DNA of 62,912 bases, counting the filler, from Bipalium vagum (Eukaryota), in assembly GCA_037834085.1 (NCBI GenBank). It is 3 parts of 3 records of this genome, joined end to end, with 100 filler letters (N's around TTAATTAATTAA, not from the genome) between each part and the next. Parts side by side here need not be neighbours in the genome. Positions count along the whole stretch, not along the records: positions 1 to 29,337 come from JBBMKC010031070.1; 2 more parts are not named here. One strand, written 5' to 3'. The stretch's first letter is position 1; the number at the start of each line of letters is the position of its first letter. Made by a program: the position numbers and the translations under genes. Of the stretch, positions 1 through 11,919 are shown piece after piece. Under the pieces are notes generated by a model. That model saw only the letters and a list, made by a program, of their open reading frames with translations. It was not told where the DNA came from and ran no database searches.

Positions 1-682
1 GTCTATTAAAGTATAATGCATAAATACAAATTTTAGAAAGATAAAAGTCGTGCACTTTTTTATGCATCACCCGTTATCTTTAATTTTCTACCATTTCTAA
101 TAAGATTTCTCTCAAAATCTGATTCGTTTCATATAGGGGCATTAATTATGTGAATTTGAGGAAAATATTGTAATTTTTATTTATCCATTGTTCTGACGAA
201 ATCTATTATATTCTTTTGTATGAGAAAAATATAAAAAAACAGAACTCATATAATTTTAAAATTCACTTTATATGCAATTATTATCGGCACCGTGAGGATT
301 TTCGATTTTAAACTTAAGTTAAACAAAGTGCATTATAATGTAAAATGTTAAGTAACAAAACTTGAAGAAACTCAATAAATAATTAAATCAATAGATTAAA
401 AAAGTCTCAGTTAGATTATTTCATTTCTTATTTTGAATTATGCATCACGGACGGTATAATTTTTGATGGTAGTTAAGACTGTTGATTTTTTTAATTATTG
501 ACCAATAATTTAATATTAATTTTAATTGATAAATAAAAAAGATTTTCTTAAATCATTTGATTGGTGCACAGAAAGCTTATATTCTCGGGTTTTCAATGAA
601 AAGGATTTTGAGTGTTAAAGACAGTTGATTTACTTTTTTTTGCCAGTCTAATTTTACGACGGAAATGTAATTGATCATTTAG

Positions 683-3600
683 CAACGGGTCACTTTTATC
701 GTGTTGTTCTTTGTGACTTCGACAATGCAATTCTTAATCATGGACCAGATAAATCGAAGGATCAATGGTATAATTGGTGTATATTTCGACACACAGATCA
801 GCCATATCTCTATCGGCAATATACGCCGATGGAAAAAAGAGATTGGGGCGAATCATATCAATACAGAGGCAGTTCACTTTTACAAGATATAACCGTTGTT
901 GATGACGATGACAGACATAAATTTCCAAACAACAGAGATCCACAATTTCATTTGATTAAAGATGTTTTGGAAAAAGTATTAAAGATATTTTTGTGAGCAA
1001 GATATTCAGTTTCTCTAAGGATTATCATCTTTATATATTAACACCGGGTAATATTCGCAACTTGAGTTTGAAGATAAATTGTAGTCAATACTCGAAATGT
1101 ATTGACTGTGCCAGTGATCCTTTCTGTGTGTGGAACATGAAAAACAATTCTTGTTCAAAATATGATAACAGTACAACAGAGTTCGTTTCGACACATTTTA
1201 TTTTATAGTTATTTGAAAATTTCAGTTCAGAGAATTACATCCAAGATGTTCTTGACCGAGGATTTAGATGTGCGAAAGAAATAAGCAGTATATCTCCTGA
1301 AAAGATATCTGGAAATATGACAATGTTTCATTGTCCTTTCGCAAGCTTTTGGAGAGGAAATATTGAATGGGAAATGAATGGAAAAAGTAAAAATGAAATC
1401 TTTAATGGATTAATATTAATATTACTTTGAATTTGAATTGTTATAGTTGTTTTATTAGTAAGTTTATTGATTTTTAGGACAGAAAGTCAATTTCGAACTG
1501 ATATTTTTTACTGAATTTTTATTTTTGATATTTGTAAACAAAATGCTATTCAAAAAAGTAAGTTTGAATTTATTTAAAATTTTATTCAAGTATACTTATT
1601 TTATTGATAATCATTCTTTGTTTGATTTTTTTGTAATTTGTCTCAATCAACTGAGTAAAACTAAAATAATCATCTTCATTTATTGGGCTTCTGTAATATT
1701 CCAAAGTAATAATTTCGTTTGGTAACTTTTTCTATATATTCTTCTAGCAATATTTTATCTTAAAATTCAAGAGATCATAATGGAATCAAGAGACCTTCCA
1801 CATGCACATGGACTGCTCTGAACGCTGAGCTACATCCCCAGACTAATTTTCAATTTATCTCACATCTCCCTCCTTCAAAGTTGACATCCGGACCCTTAAC
1901 CGCCTCGAGTCTCTTTACTTCAATTTATACTCCTTTACATTTTTACTTTCGAGACCTCGTCCGCTGGTTGGTGTTCTGGTGTGGTCGCCATGTTAGTTGA
2001 AAATTAATCGGAGATACTGGGATTCGAACAACATGATGATCATACCAGCAGACCCACTAGTGGAAAGAATTCTTCCAAAAATGTTGAACCCGTCCGATAA
2101 TCTGGAAATATTTATCAACCAGTGCCGCTGATATATCGATGTTTTGAACAAGCCTAAGAAAATGCGGGGAATATGATAGGACAGCAAACTTGGCGGATGG
2201 ATTCGACGTTCGATTACGTCTAGCGTTAGCCAAAGAAAATATGTGGTTACAGACTGGGAAGAATTACTATAATACCGACGCGGTTCAGAGAGCATTCAGA
2301 CTTTTTTCTGAAGGTCAAACAGAAGGTCAAAAAAGTGATGGAATACATCAGCTAACAGAAGATGAGTTAGTTGCAAAAATGCTTTTGCATTGCATAAACA
2401 ACAAAATGCTTGAAATGAAGACCGTTGAGGAAATTGAAAATTTAATGGTGAAGTAAATGAGTTACGAAGCCAACAGGAGCCCACAAGGAGAAGCGAGGAG
2501 ATATGAGGTGGGCAGACTGAGTCAAACAAAATCCGACCACAATGTACAAAAGATTCGAAAAGATTCGGAAGAAAGGAATGAAAGCAGAACTATACGGAAC
2601 ATAAACAGACAGATAGATCTACATTCAGATAAATAAATTACTGGGGATGTGTAGAATCTGGTCTTATGATTATGTTATCAAGAAGAGAATGTTCGAAATT
2701 CATACAATGCCAGAAAAAACACGAGAATGCACGGTTGGAAGAGATTAAATGTGATGACAGTGGACGATTATTCTACGGGCGATTGGATGAATGAGAAAAA
2801 AACAGAGGAACGAAACGCATAATCAGTTAACACGCGTGGGGACAGAAAAGTATACCGATATCTAGAAGATCAAAGATATGAGAACTAAGATTAAGCAGGT
2901 ATTTCAGTTATGCAGAGCTTGTCAAAGGCATAAAGTTCTGACATCAAAGACGAAAGAGGAAGTAATAGCGCTTAGGTTTTCTTATTGATAAATCACAATT
3001 TTCTTCTTAAATTTTGTTTTCTAAAATAATTTTATTATACTTGTATTAAAGAATTAATTATATTTAGTGCAAAGAAGAAAATATTGTCAATTTTGATAAA
3101 ACAAATATTATTATTTTTCCAAAAAAATTGTTTACAATCAAAGGATGATTTAATATTTTGTTTTGTATTGTTGATAAATTAGAAATATCTAGAAAATTTA
3201 TTTATCGAAATATTCAAATATTTTTATTTTAGAAGTCGTTGGAGATTCAGAAAATGTTCATATAAATACCAAACCACACTTTTTGTTAATATTGAGTGCA
3301 AGTGTAGAAATCAAAAATATCACTTGTTACGGAATAAAAGATGATTACGATCGATTGTATAAAGGTTCAGAATATGAATGGATTGTCAAATTAAATCTAT
3401 CAAGTCAAATCACACTGAAAACATTTATTTTTACCAAAGAATCGCCAAAAGGTAACATATTCTTAGACGTTATCTTGCACAAAAAATCCAAATTGGAGAA
3501 TGTATAAACTCCAATAATTATTATTAATAACTTTAAATATTTAAATAAAGGATACTGTAATGGTTTTCCAGATTATGAACACCGTTATAAATTTTTTTTT

Positions 3601-6412
3601 AATTAATATTGGTCAATCTATTAGAGAAAATATTTTAATGAAACTATTGATGACGGTGGAAATTGAGTAGAAATGATTATGAATGAATTCAAAAGTTAAA
3701 AAGGATTTTTGAACTGAGTATATTGATGTAAAATATTATCAAAATTGTCAAAGTACGAGAATGCTTAAAAATTATCATTGTATGTAGGTTATAGAAATGT
3801 TGTCATTATAAGTTCAAATTAATTTTTTAACGAAAATTTAAATATAATAAAATCAAAAAATATTTAAAAATCTTAATAAAATGTTTTATAATCACTTTGG
3901 ACAAAAAGCTTTTCGATAAAGCAAAAAAACACCAATATTCAAGACAACATTAGTTAACGTGTTAATATGAATACTTCTTTTACGATGGCGGTTCAATAAG
4001 GCCGTGAAAAATAAAACAAGTTTTAGCACTAGTGTTTTAAAACTTTGTTAAACAATTTAGACATTAAAAATGTAAAATTCGAAATTTCAGATAAATACAT
4101 AAAATTGTTTTAATTATATCACATTTCAAAGTTGTCAATAACAGTTATCAAAATGAAAATGGAAAATCACGAATTTCAAGTCTTCCTGAAACATTTTTTG
4201 AGAGTTTCATCGAAACAAATTTACGAAATATTATGGTGACTCTTCACCATCAATCGGGATGATCCATAAATAGTTCACCGAATTTCGTTGTGGACGTACA
4301 AGCACAAATGATTCCGCACGGTCCAAATAAAGTGAAAACATCGGAAATTATTCAAAAAATTCACGATATTGTTCTTAATGATAGACGAATCAAAGTGCGT
4401 GAGAAAGCCCAGGATGATGGCATATCAATTGGATCAACATTTTCAATTTTGCATAAAGATTTGGAAATGAGATAAATGGGTGAATGAGTCTGTGAAATGG
4501 GTGCCGCGCTTATTCACAGTTGACCAAAAGCGTATGCGAAGCTCGGAGCAAGGTTTGGCTTTATTCCAAGACAATCAAAATGAATTTCTTCGTCGTTTTA
4601 TCACTGTTTATGAAACTTGATTCACAACTATACCCCTGAATCTAAAAATCAATCAAGGCATTGGATAAAATCAGGCGAACCAGCTCAGGAAAAAGGCGAA
4701 GATTGTTGCATCTGCTGGAAAGGTCATGGCTGTAATTTTTTGGAATGCGCACGGTGTAATTCTAGCTGATTATCTTGAAATATGAAAAACAATTAATGAA
4801 GAATATTAAAGTGGATTATTGACCCGTTTGAATGAAGAGATAAAAGTGAAACAGCCACACATGTTGAAGAAAAATGTGTTTTTCCTTCATGATAACGCAC
4901 CGCCTCATAGGTCAGAAGTTGCAATGGCAAAAATTTTAAAATTTAATTTTTCAGTCATGAAAACTTTTTTAATTATATTAAATTTTCGATATAAGCAACC
5001 TCAACTGAATCAATTTTTCTTCAAAATTAGTTTATAAAAAATTTGTCACTTTAAACGACAATAGGATACAAAATTATATTTTAAAAAATGTGTCTTTAGT
5101 CAATACATAAAAAAATAGAAATATACATGTGTAAAAAGTATTTTAAGATTCTTATTTTGAAATTCCTTAGAAAATATTTAGTGTAATCCTAAAAAAATAA
5201 TCGATAAAGTATTTTTTTTAAACTGTTTTTATTAAAGTTCAATTATGTATTTGTATTTTCAATTTTTAGTCTATTAAATTAAAATTTTTTAAATAATACT
5301 TAAAAATGTATCTTTATTGATATTTTTGATTGATTTTCTTTAAAATTTATCAATTTTTTTATTATTCAACTGATGGGCTAATTAAAATTTAATTTCTGAT
5401 TTATACATGTTGACACAAGCATATTTATCTTACAAAATTCATATTTATATTTTGTTTTAATGATTTTTGAAAACCTATAATTGTGTTATAGTTAGTGTGA
5501 AAATTGAAAATAGATTAAGTCAGAATTATTTAAATAAATAACTTTGCGTTAATCTAATTTTTAAAAAAAAATTTCTGAAATCAACAAAATTTTCTTTTTT
5601 AATTGTATCTTTCAAAACTTTTTTAATTTATAAGTTTCTTTAATTTCTGAACTATAAAATAGTACAAAAAATGAACCTGACTCTAACAATTTCTTACTAA
5701 TTTTTTTCTTAATTTAATTTTATATTATTTATTTAATTTAATATTGATTATTTTTATTACACTTTGAAACTAGCCAAGTTGATATTGACTTAACGATCAC
5801 TTCCAAAAGTCTCCTTTGAATTTGGTAAATATTTTGCTTGAAATTTCTTTTTGGAGAAATGTTACATGTTTTGAACAAAATCGAAGAAATGTGTGATTTT
5901 ATTGGATAGTGTATTATGTTTTTACTGGTTTTATAAAAAACTAAACTTGGAACAGAAAAAATCTCGTGAAATAAAGTTTTGCCATTTTCAATTTTGTAGG
6001 TTTTTCCTTATGAGATTCTTGTAAAGTAAGTTGACCACAACAGGCTTATATCGAAATGAAATCGATACCGATTATATTTTTATGAGTATCCGTCAATATC
6101 ATAATCATAAAATATATTAATAAAATAATAAGACATTCTAGAAATTTTATTATTATTTGATTTTTGATTTTATTCGATTTTTTATATATTTAAATTTTTT
6201 AAAGTTATTTCGAAATTTTTTTAGGAAGGAAATACGGATTCATTGTTGGAATAATCATATTAGTTATCATTTTCATTTTATTTTTTTTGGTTGCGTTTTA
6301 TACTTTTAAGAAAAAGAATTCACTCAAACAAGAAAAAATATTATTGAAAATGGATTCAAACATGAGTGGTGAAGAAACAACTGAAATCCTGGGAAAGATT
6401 GAAAATACTTAG
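683..6412 (+). CDS. Transmembrane semaphorin, 3' part (end of Sema domain, PSI, Ig-like domain, TM helix, short tail); 5' exons lie outside the window
   Basis: Manually spliced, phase-consistent GT-AG exons: 683-975, 1020-1180, 1226-1386, 3233-3451, 6225-6412 (TAG). The translation contains LYILTPGNIRNLSLKINCSQYSKCIDCASDPFCVWNMKNNSC (PSI), YIQDVLDRGFRC (semaphorin QD..G..C motif), Ig-like C...W...C (FHCPFASFWRGNIEWEMNG ... NITCYG) and a TM segment (GFIVGIIILVIIFILFFLVAFYTF) followed by KKK. AATAAA lies near 6464. Confidence 0.8.
1770..2975 (+). mobile_element. Degenerate Ty3/Gypsy LTR retrotransposon fragment in a semaphorin intron
   Basis: GC-richer block with a gag-like ORF (2190-2456). 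Broken pol pieces at about 2810-2960 resemble the integrase zinc-binding region (H..G.EKVYRYL; CRACQRHKVLTSKTKEEV). Many stops and frameshifts. Confidence 0.55.
3981..4940 (+). mobile_element. Mariner transposon remnant (3'-truncated transposase pseudogene)
   Basis: Starts TACGATGGCGGTTCAATAAG (TIR-like). Translated pieces include IHDIVLNDRRIKVRE, KWVPRL, RRFITVYET(W), ASAGKVMA.IFW and FLHDNAPPH. It contains stops and ends before YSPDL. Confidence 0.88.
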
Positions 6413-6450
6413 TTCTTGTAATTATATTATTATAACATTTCATTTAATTA

Positions 6451-6652
6451 ATGTATCTATTTTAATAAAAATATTTTGTTTTTTTGTTATATTACATCAT
6501 CAAAAACATTGAAAATATTGATCTGTTTTATTTTTCGCTTCATATGCTTCGAAGATGGTCTGATAATTTTCATATCGTCATTTTCAACTATTACGCTTGC
6601 ATAATACAATCCTAAAAAATCCAAATACATTGCACTGTACTCTTTGTATAAA
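6451..6652 (-). repeat. Diverged tandem copy of the 3' end and flank of the 6702-7625 ORF (matches about 6666-6872)
   Basis: Long near-identical stretches in both copies, e.g. gcataatacaatcctaaaaaatccaaatacattgcactgtactctttgtataaag and aatattgatctgtttta. Confidence 0.9.
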
Positions 6653-6701
6653 GTATATTTTTTAATGTATATGTATTTTAATAAAATATTTTATTTTACT
6701 G

Positions 6702-7625
6702 TTATATTACATCCTCAAAAACATATTTAAAATATTGATCTGTTTTATCTTTCGCTTCATAATATTTAGAAGAAGGTATGATAATTTTCATTTCATCGTC
6801 TTTTTCAACTATTACGTTTGCATAATACAATCCTAAAAAATCCAAATACATTGCACTGTACTCTTTGTATAAAGAATAGATAGCCAAACGATAAACGCCT
6901 AATTTTTCCCTCTCGCTACAGTGAAGACAAATACATTCTTTTTGGCCTGAAAGTTTGGATTTGATCCAATCAATAAATCTGAAAACCAGCGGTTTTGATT
7001 TCCTAATCACTTGAATTTTTGCCAGACTTTCAATGTACTTTTTTTCATCGTAATCTTCTTGTAATATACTTTTTTCCAAGTTCTCTATGAATTCCGCTTC
7101 ATAGTTGTCAACATTGGAATTCTGTTTTGGTTCAATATCACAGGTTTCAAGCGGTCTTTTGATAAAAGAAATTAAACGAAAATTATTTGCATTGCTCATT
7201 TGATTAAAATGGAACTCATATTTTGTCGGGTATATCAAATCTAATTGTTTGTCTTCTTCTATTGTTTCGCTACTGGAAAATAAAACATGGAATTTAGCAT
7301 AAAGATCCACATAAATGTCGTAAAGCCTATTGAAACTTGTAACCATTTGCTTCATTATGTGTCTATAATCACATAATTTGAGGCAATCACATGGACTGGC
7401 GATCTTTCCTCTTTCATATAATGCAGTTTTGAATTTGTTTTTTTCTTTCACAATATAATCATATATTTCTGCTTGAAGTTTTATATCACTATCAAACTTT
7501 CTTGCTTGGCTATCTTTTAACGCTGACAAAGTTTTGTTAATTCTTAAGAACTCTTCGTTCTGTTCAATATTCTCCAGCAGAACTTTGTTCTCTGGTACTT
7601 TTATAGCATTGTTAGACTTACTCAT
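6702..7625 (-). CDS. Intronless orphan protein (about 307 aa) with two internal repeats of a CxCL-x(1,2)-C / LYxxYxx[LM]YxxF domain
   Basis: The ORF stays open for more than 900 nt in very AT-rich DNA. First ATG at 7625 (MSKSNN); the track start at 7649 is a TTG. The internal repeat aligns by eye. No family recognised. Confidence 0.7.
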   Translation of the reverse strand: MSKSNNAIKVPENKVLLENIEQNEEFLRINKTLSALKDSQARKFDSDIKLQAEIYDYIVKEKNKFKTALYERGKIASPCDCLKLCDYRHIMKQMVTSFNRLYDIYVDLYAKFHVLFSSSETIEEDKQLDLIYPTKYEFHFNQMSNANNFRLISFIKRPLETCDIEPKQNSNVDNYEAEFIENLEKSILQEDYDEKKYIESLAKIQVIRKSKPLVFRFIDWIKSKLSGQKECICLHCSEREKLGVYRLAIYSLYKEYSAMYLDFLGLYYANVIVEKDDEMKIIIPSSKYYEAKDKTDQYFKYVFEDVI

Positions 7626-8145
7626 TAATTGAAATCTAATTAAATTCAATATATTAATATTTAATCCATTGAATTAATTTAAATTTTCTAATGGATTTCT
7701 TGACACAATTTATGAAACTATCGTTAATTTGTTTTCTTTAAATTATATTGATTCTTTTACAAAATTAATTTAATGGTTTCTGGTGATCTCTAAAATTTGT
7801 AATGTTTTTGTTTTGATTTTATGTATAATTTTTAAATAAATTTCACTTCCTTATGATCAAGTAGAGTACGCCTCTTGATAGTCATGATTTTTCAAAGTAT
7901 TTATGAAGCTTAACAATTCTGATTTTTGCATATAACCCGATTTTTATTTTCGTACTCTTTTCTTAACTCAATCACTCAAGTGTTATAAATTTTAAAAACT
8001 CAACACAGATCAGAAAGTAAATAATTTTACGAAAGTGATTAGTTCAACTGGTAATATAACGCCATAAAAATCCTGTTCACCCTTAGGTGCTCTATGTCAA
8101 GAATCATCTGATTCATGATACATTCAACGATCAAATGCTTCTGTG

Positions 8146-8640
8146 CTACAAGGTGCCCACTATAAATCGATACAATTTAATATAAAAATTTTACACAATA
8201 TATTCAAAGTTTCCTTCATACACTTCAATACATATAAGTAAACGTGGAATCCAACTGACAGGTTTTTTGTATGGCCAGTGGAGAGATTGTGCTCCAACAC
8301 TCAAAAATTATTGTCTTCAGTTGGTCGACATTGTCAATGTTTGAGCAGTTGTTTACTACACCAGAGAGAATTATTCTTCAAAGACATTGAAAAGTCTGGA
8401 ATCTTGGTTGGCCATTTTGCAGGTGTGTTGCGCTCTATGTATGCAAATGCTGATTTACCTGTGCGTCTTTGCTGCAGAATGAATATGTCCAAGATTTCAT
8501 ATTCATTCTTTTGTTAATGTCATTAAACATCATTGGGCATATTTTTTTAGGTAAATATTCTGGTTAACTGTGTTTTTCTTCTTAAGATAATTAGGAATAT
8601 CTTCCTGGTCATCGCATATTCATCGAGAAACCTCAGTTGT
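8146..8640 (-). mobile_element. Degenerate Tc1/mariner-superfamily element
   Basis: TIR-like TACAAGGTGCCCACTATAAATCGATAC at about 8146, followed by a GC-richer decayed transposase-like block. Confidence 0.4.
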
Positions 8641-8883
8641 GATTTCCCATACCAAGATACTACTTCATAACAAATTATGAAAGGCTGTTGCGTATCGACC
8701 AGTATCAAAATATTTTGAGTACTTAACCAATAATTAAATTTAAAATTAAATTATAAGTGTTGACATAGACAATTAAAAATTACTTGATACAAATAATTAT
8801 TATAAAATGATTCAATTATAAATAGAAGAATTGAATTAATGAAATCTGTACAAAAAAGTAATTTTTAAGTTTTCTGATACAAA

Positions 8884-11401
8884 TTATCTACTCCAAGGTA
8901 GATCCATTTCGATGTCGTCCTCCTGCATGTCTTCATTTCTTCTAGTATACATTTCTCTATCACTTATTTCACTAATGGCAGCATCATCATCTTCCTCCTC
9001 CTCTTCGTCCTCCTGTTCGATGGGACCAACTTCATCACCCAATTCATTGATATTATAGTTATCACTATTATAATTTCTCGAGCCATTTTGAGTTATTTCA
9101 TTTACGATTGATCTACGATTTCGATTCCTGACAATTGTTTCCATTGACCTTTTGTTTATACAGAAAGGAATATAATCATTGCAGCTCTAATGAATGGGAA
9201 AATTTTTTACATTTAATAGAATAATTAAATTTACTATTATAGAAAAATGATTTTCAAAATCTCTTAAAGACTTTTCTGCTTTGTTTATTTGTTCCTGTTC
9301 ATCATTAACTTTTACTTCAAACCGATACTGGTGATATAATGGAATATGATTGTAAATACCATCCTAAAATTGAAAATTGTAAAAACTAATTATTAAGTTA
9401 TTAAATAAACCATTAGCTAAAAAAATTTAAAATAATAAAGTATTATATTAAAACAAAAATGAACAATAATAAGGATTACACTAAATTTAAATGTAAATAT
9501 AAAATTATATTAAAATTTAGAAAACTAAAGTTTTTCTGAAGTAAACCAGTATATATATTTTTAATTCAATAATCAACAAATTAAATTATTTAATTCAATA
9601 TTTCTGATTTCAGATATTAAATGGTATATATTTATTTTCAAAATAGTTTAAGTTTCAGAAATATAGACTTAAAATAAAATAAGTATTCACTTAGGTAATG
9701 TATTATTGTGTAAAACAATTAAAATATCTCGAAAATCATAAAATTTATTGGAATTTTAACCAAGAAAATAATAATTAAATATGATCCCTATCGAAATACA
9801 CATTTTACGCCAATAAAAAGGTCCCAGGTTGATAATTAAGGGGCACGGTGAAAACGAGTAGTGAGTAAATAGATATTTTTTATTGAATTACTTAAATTCA
9901 CTAAATTTCATTATTTATTATTTTTAAGTCCATTATATGATTAGGAATTTTTCAAACAGTCGTGATTCATTCATGACTTTTGACAATATCTGACAATGTA
10001 TAAGTACGTGTATATTACGATGAATAAAAGTTTGAACTTACATGTTATTCATTTCCTTGAGATTCAGGTTACGTTTTAGTCTGCAACACTTGGTCTGTCA
10101 AACGCTCAATTTTAGTTTGTAAACTAAATATAGAATATACTTTGTAACAAGTCACAAATACTAATCGATATAGGAATGGCCTTCCTAATCTATGGTAAAT
10201 TAGGCTAGAAACTGACTGCAATAGATTCAAATACAATTCACCAATAAAATTTAAGACAATAAATAACGACTTAAGTATATATGTAGTATAACAAAATACA
10301 AACTGAATAACAATTAATTAAAAACAAAAATAATCTTTCACTTCGAAGGTAGTGAAGAGTCTCCCTGATAAGAATTACATTTCAGCGTACTAGTATAGTT
10401 GGACTAGAAACAAAAGAAAACAAGTCAGAAAGAAGTAAAACTATTAATAAAAAAATTAAGTAAATAAAAGTATTAATGTCTTAAATTGATTAGTTCTTAT
10501 CGATGTTATTCTTTTCTAAAACCTCTGAAAAAATTGCAATATCCGTAATCTTATGAAGCACTTTATTTTGGAGTTTACTGACCTTATTGCTTCTTCTTAA
10601 TTGATTTTATGGCTTCACGCATGAATTGTCTCATGGGGATGTACTTCAATATGTAATATGTAAAGATTAACTTAATTAAAAAATGTTAATTATTATCAAA
10701 ATTAAAATTAATTATTATCAAAATTAACATACATAATAATAAATAAGTAGGCGAAATCTTGGCTATCCATTCTTACTTTACTCATTTAAGATCGTGTACA
10801 TTCATTAATCAATTTATTTTTTAAAAAATGATAGTAATCATTTTTGTGAAAACCTAAAAAGTCATCATGAAGATATAATAAAACTTGAATAATTCTTTTA
10901 ACGAAATAACAATGAGTAAAAAGTGCGAACAACAAACTACGATATCATCGGCACTCATCCATTTATATATCACTCAGGTACCCTACTCCAAAATCATTTC
11001 CCTACTACTATAAGTACAAAGTATATGAAAACAAGAGATAAAATAGAGATGTTAAGTTTTGCGTGCTGAGACAGGGAGAATGGAAGCGTGTCCAGAAGCC
11101 AGACAGATCTTTCTGGGACTGTAAGGCGTGTCTGTGTCTATTGCATTAGTGCGTATCAATTTGTATTTGGTAATTGGAGGAGGTATCATTTAATTGGATA
11201 TTGACGGAAAATTAAAATTGTGCCTGTCTGTTTGTCAGTAGGTCTGTTCAATATTATCTGATTTGGTCGAACGTTTACTCATCATCCATTGGTGGTTTAC
11301 TTTATAGATGGAAAGCAACAAGAATATACTTACTTGGCAGTAGATATTATCAATTTCAACAATGAATCATCGCCGATTGTTCTGGCTATTAAGAAATATA
11401 T
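8884..11401 (-). CDS. Terminal exons of an unidentified gene with an acidic C-terminal tail
   Basis: Exon 9235-9363 (DGIYNHIPLYHQYRFEVKVNDEQEQINKAEKSLRDFENHFSII) splices in phase 0 across a 48-nt GT-AG intron to the last exon 8884-9186 (SCNDYIPFCINKRSMETIVRN...EEEEEDDD...DLPWSR*). A candidate upstream exon at 11334-11401 (IYFLIARTIGDDSLLKLIISTA, GTAAGT donor) is not directly phase-linked. Confidence 0.6.
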
Positions 11402-11919
11402 CTAAAATTTACGAAAATATTTAAAATTCAGTTCTTATCAGATAAAAAAATCTCACAGAATTATAATTCGATCTGTTTGTACTCAAGATCAATATTTAGA
11501 TTTTTGTGTTTTTAAGAAGTTAAATTTTTTTGCATTTTTATTTTATCATAATGTTAATATTATATTATATAATAATTTTTTCGTTAATTATTTTAATGTG
11601 ATTTTTATTTTTGTGTTAATATGATAATAATAATATAAATTATAAGAGATGGGAAAATGGTAAATTATAATTACTACTTTCCATAAAAAATAAATATTTA
11701 TTTCCATACAGGATCTTTTTTTAGAAACCTAATTCATTTAATTATTCAGCTCGGGCGAACACGTCTGAGCCGAGCTGAATAATTACAGCTCCTGGATTGT
11801 GATTTTTGTTGTGAATAAATTGATTTCTATTACTGTATTCTTTATTCAAGCGGACCATTATTTTGTAAATTGGAGTCAGGAAAGTTTGTTAATATTTATT
11901 TAAATATTAACATAGATTA

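Noticed and set aside
701-943. ORF-track ORFs 701-892 (+) and 734-943 (-)
   Set aside because: Wrong-frame or antisense shadows of semaphorin exon 683-975.
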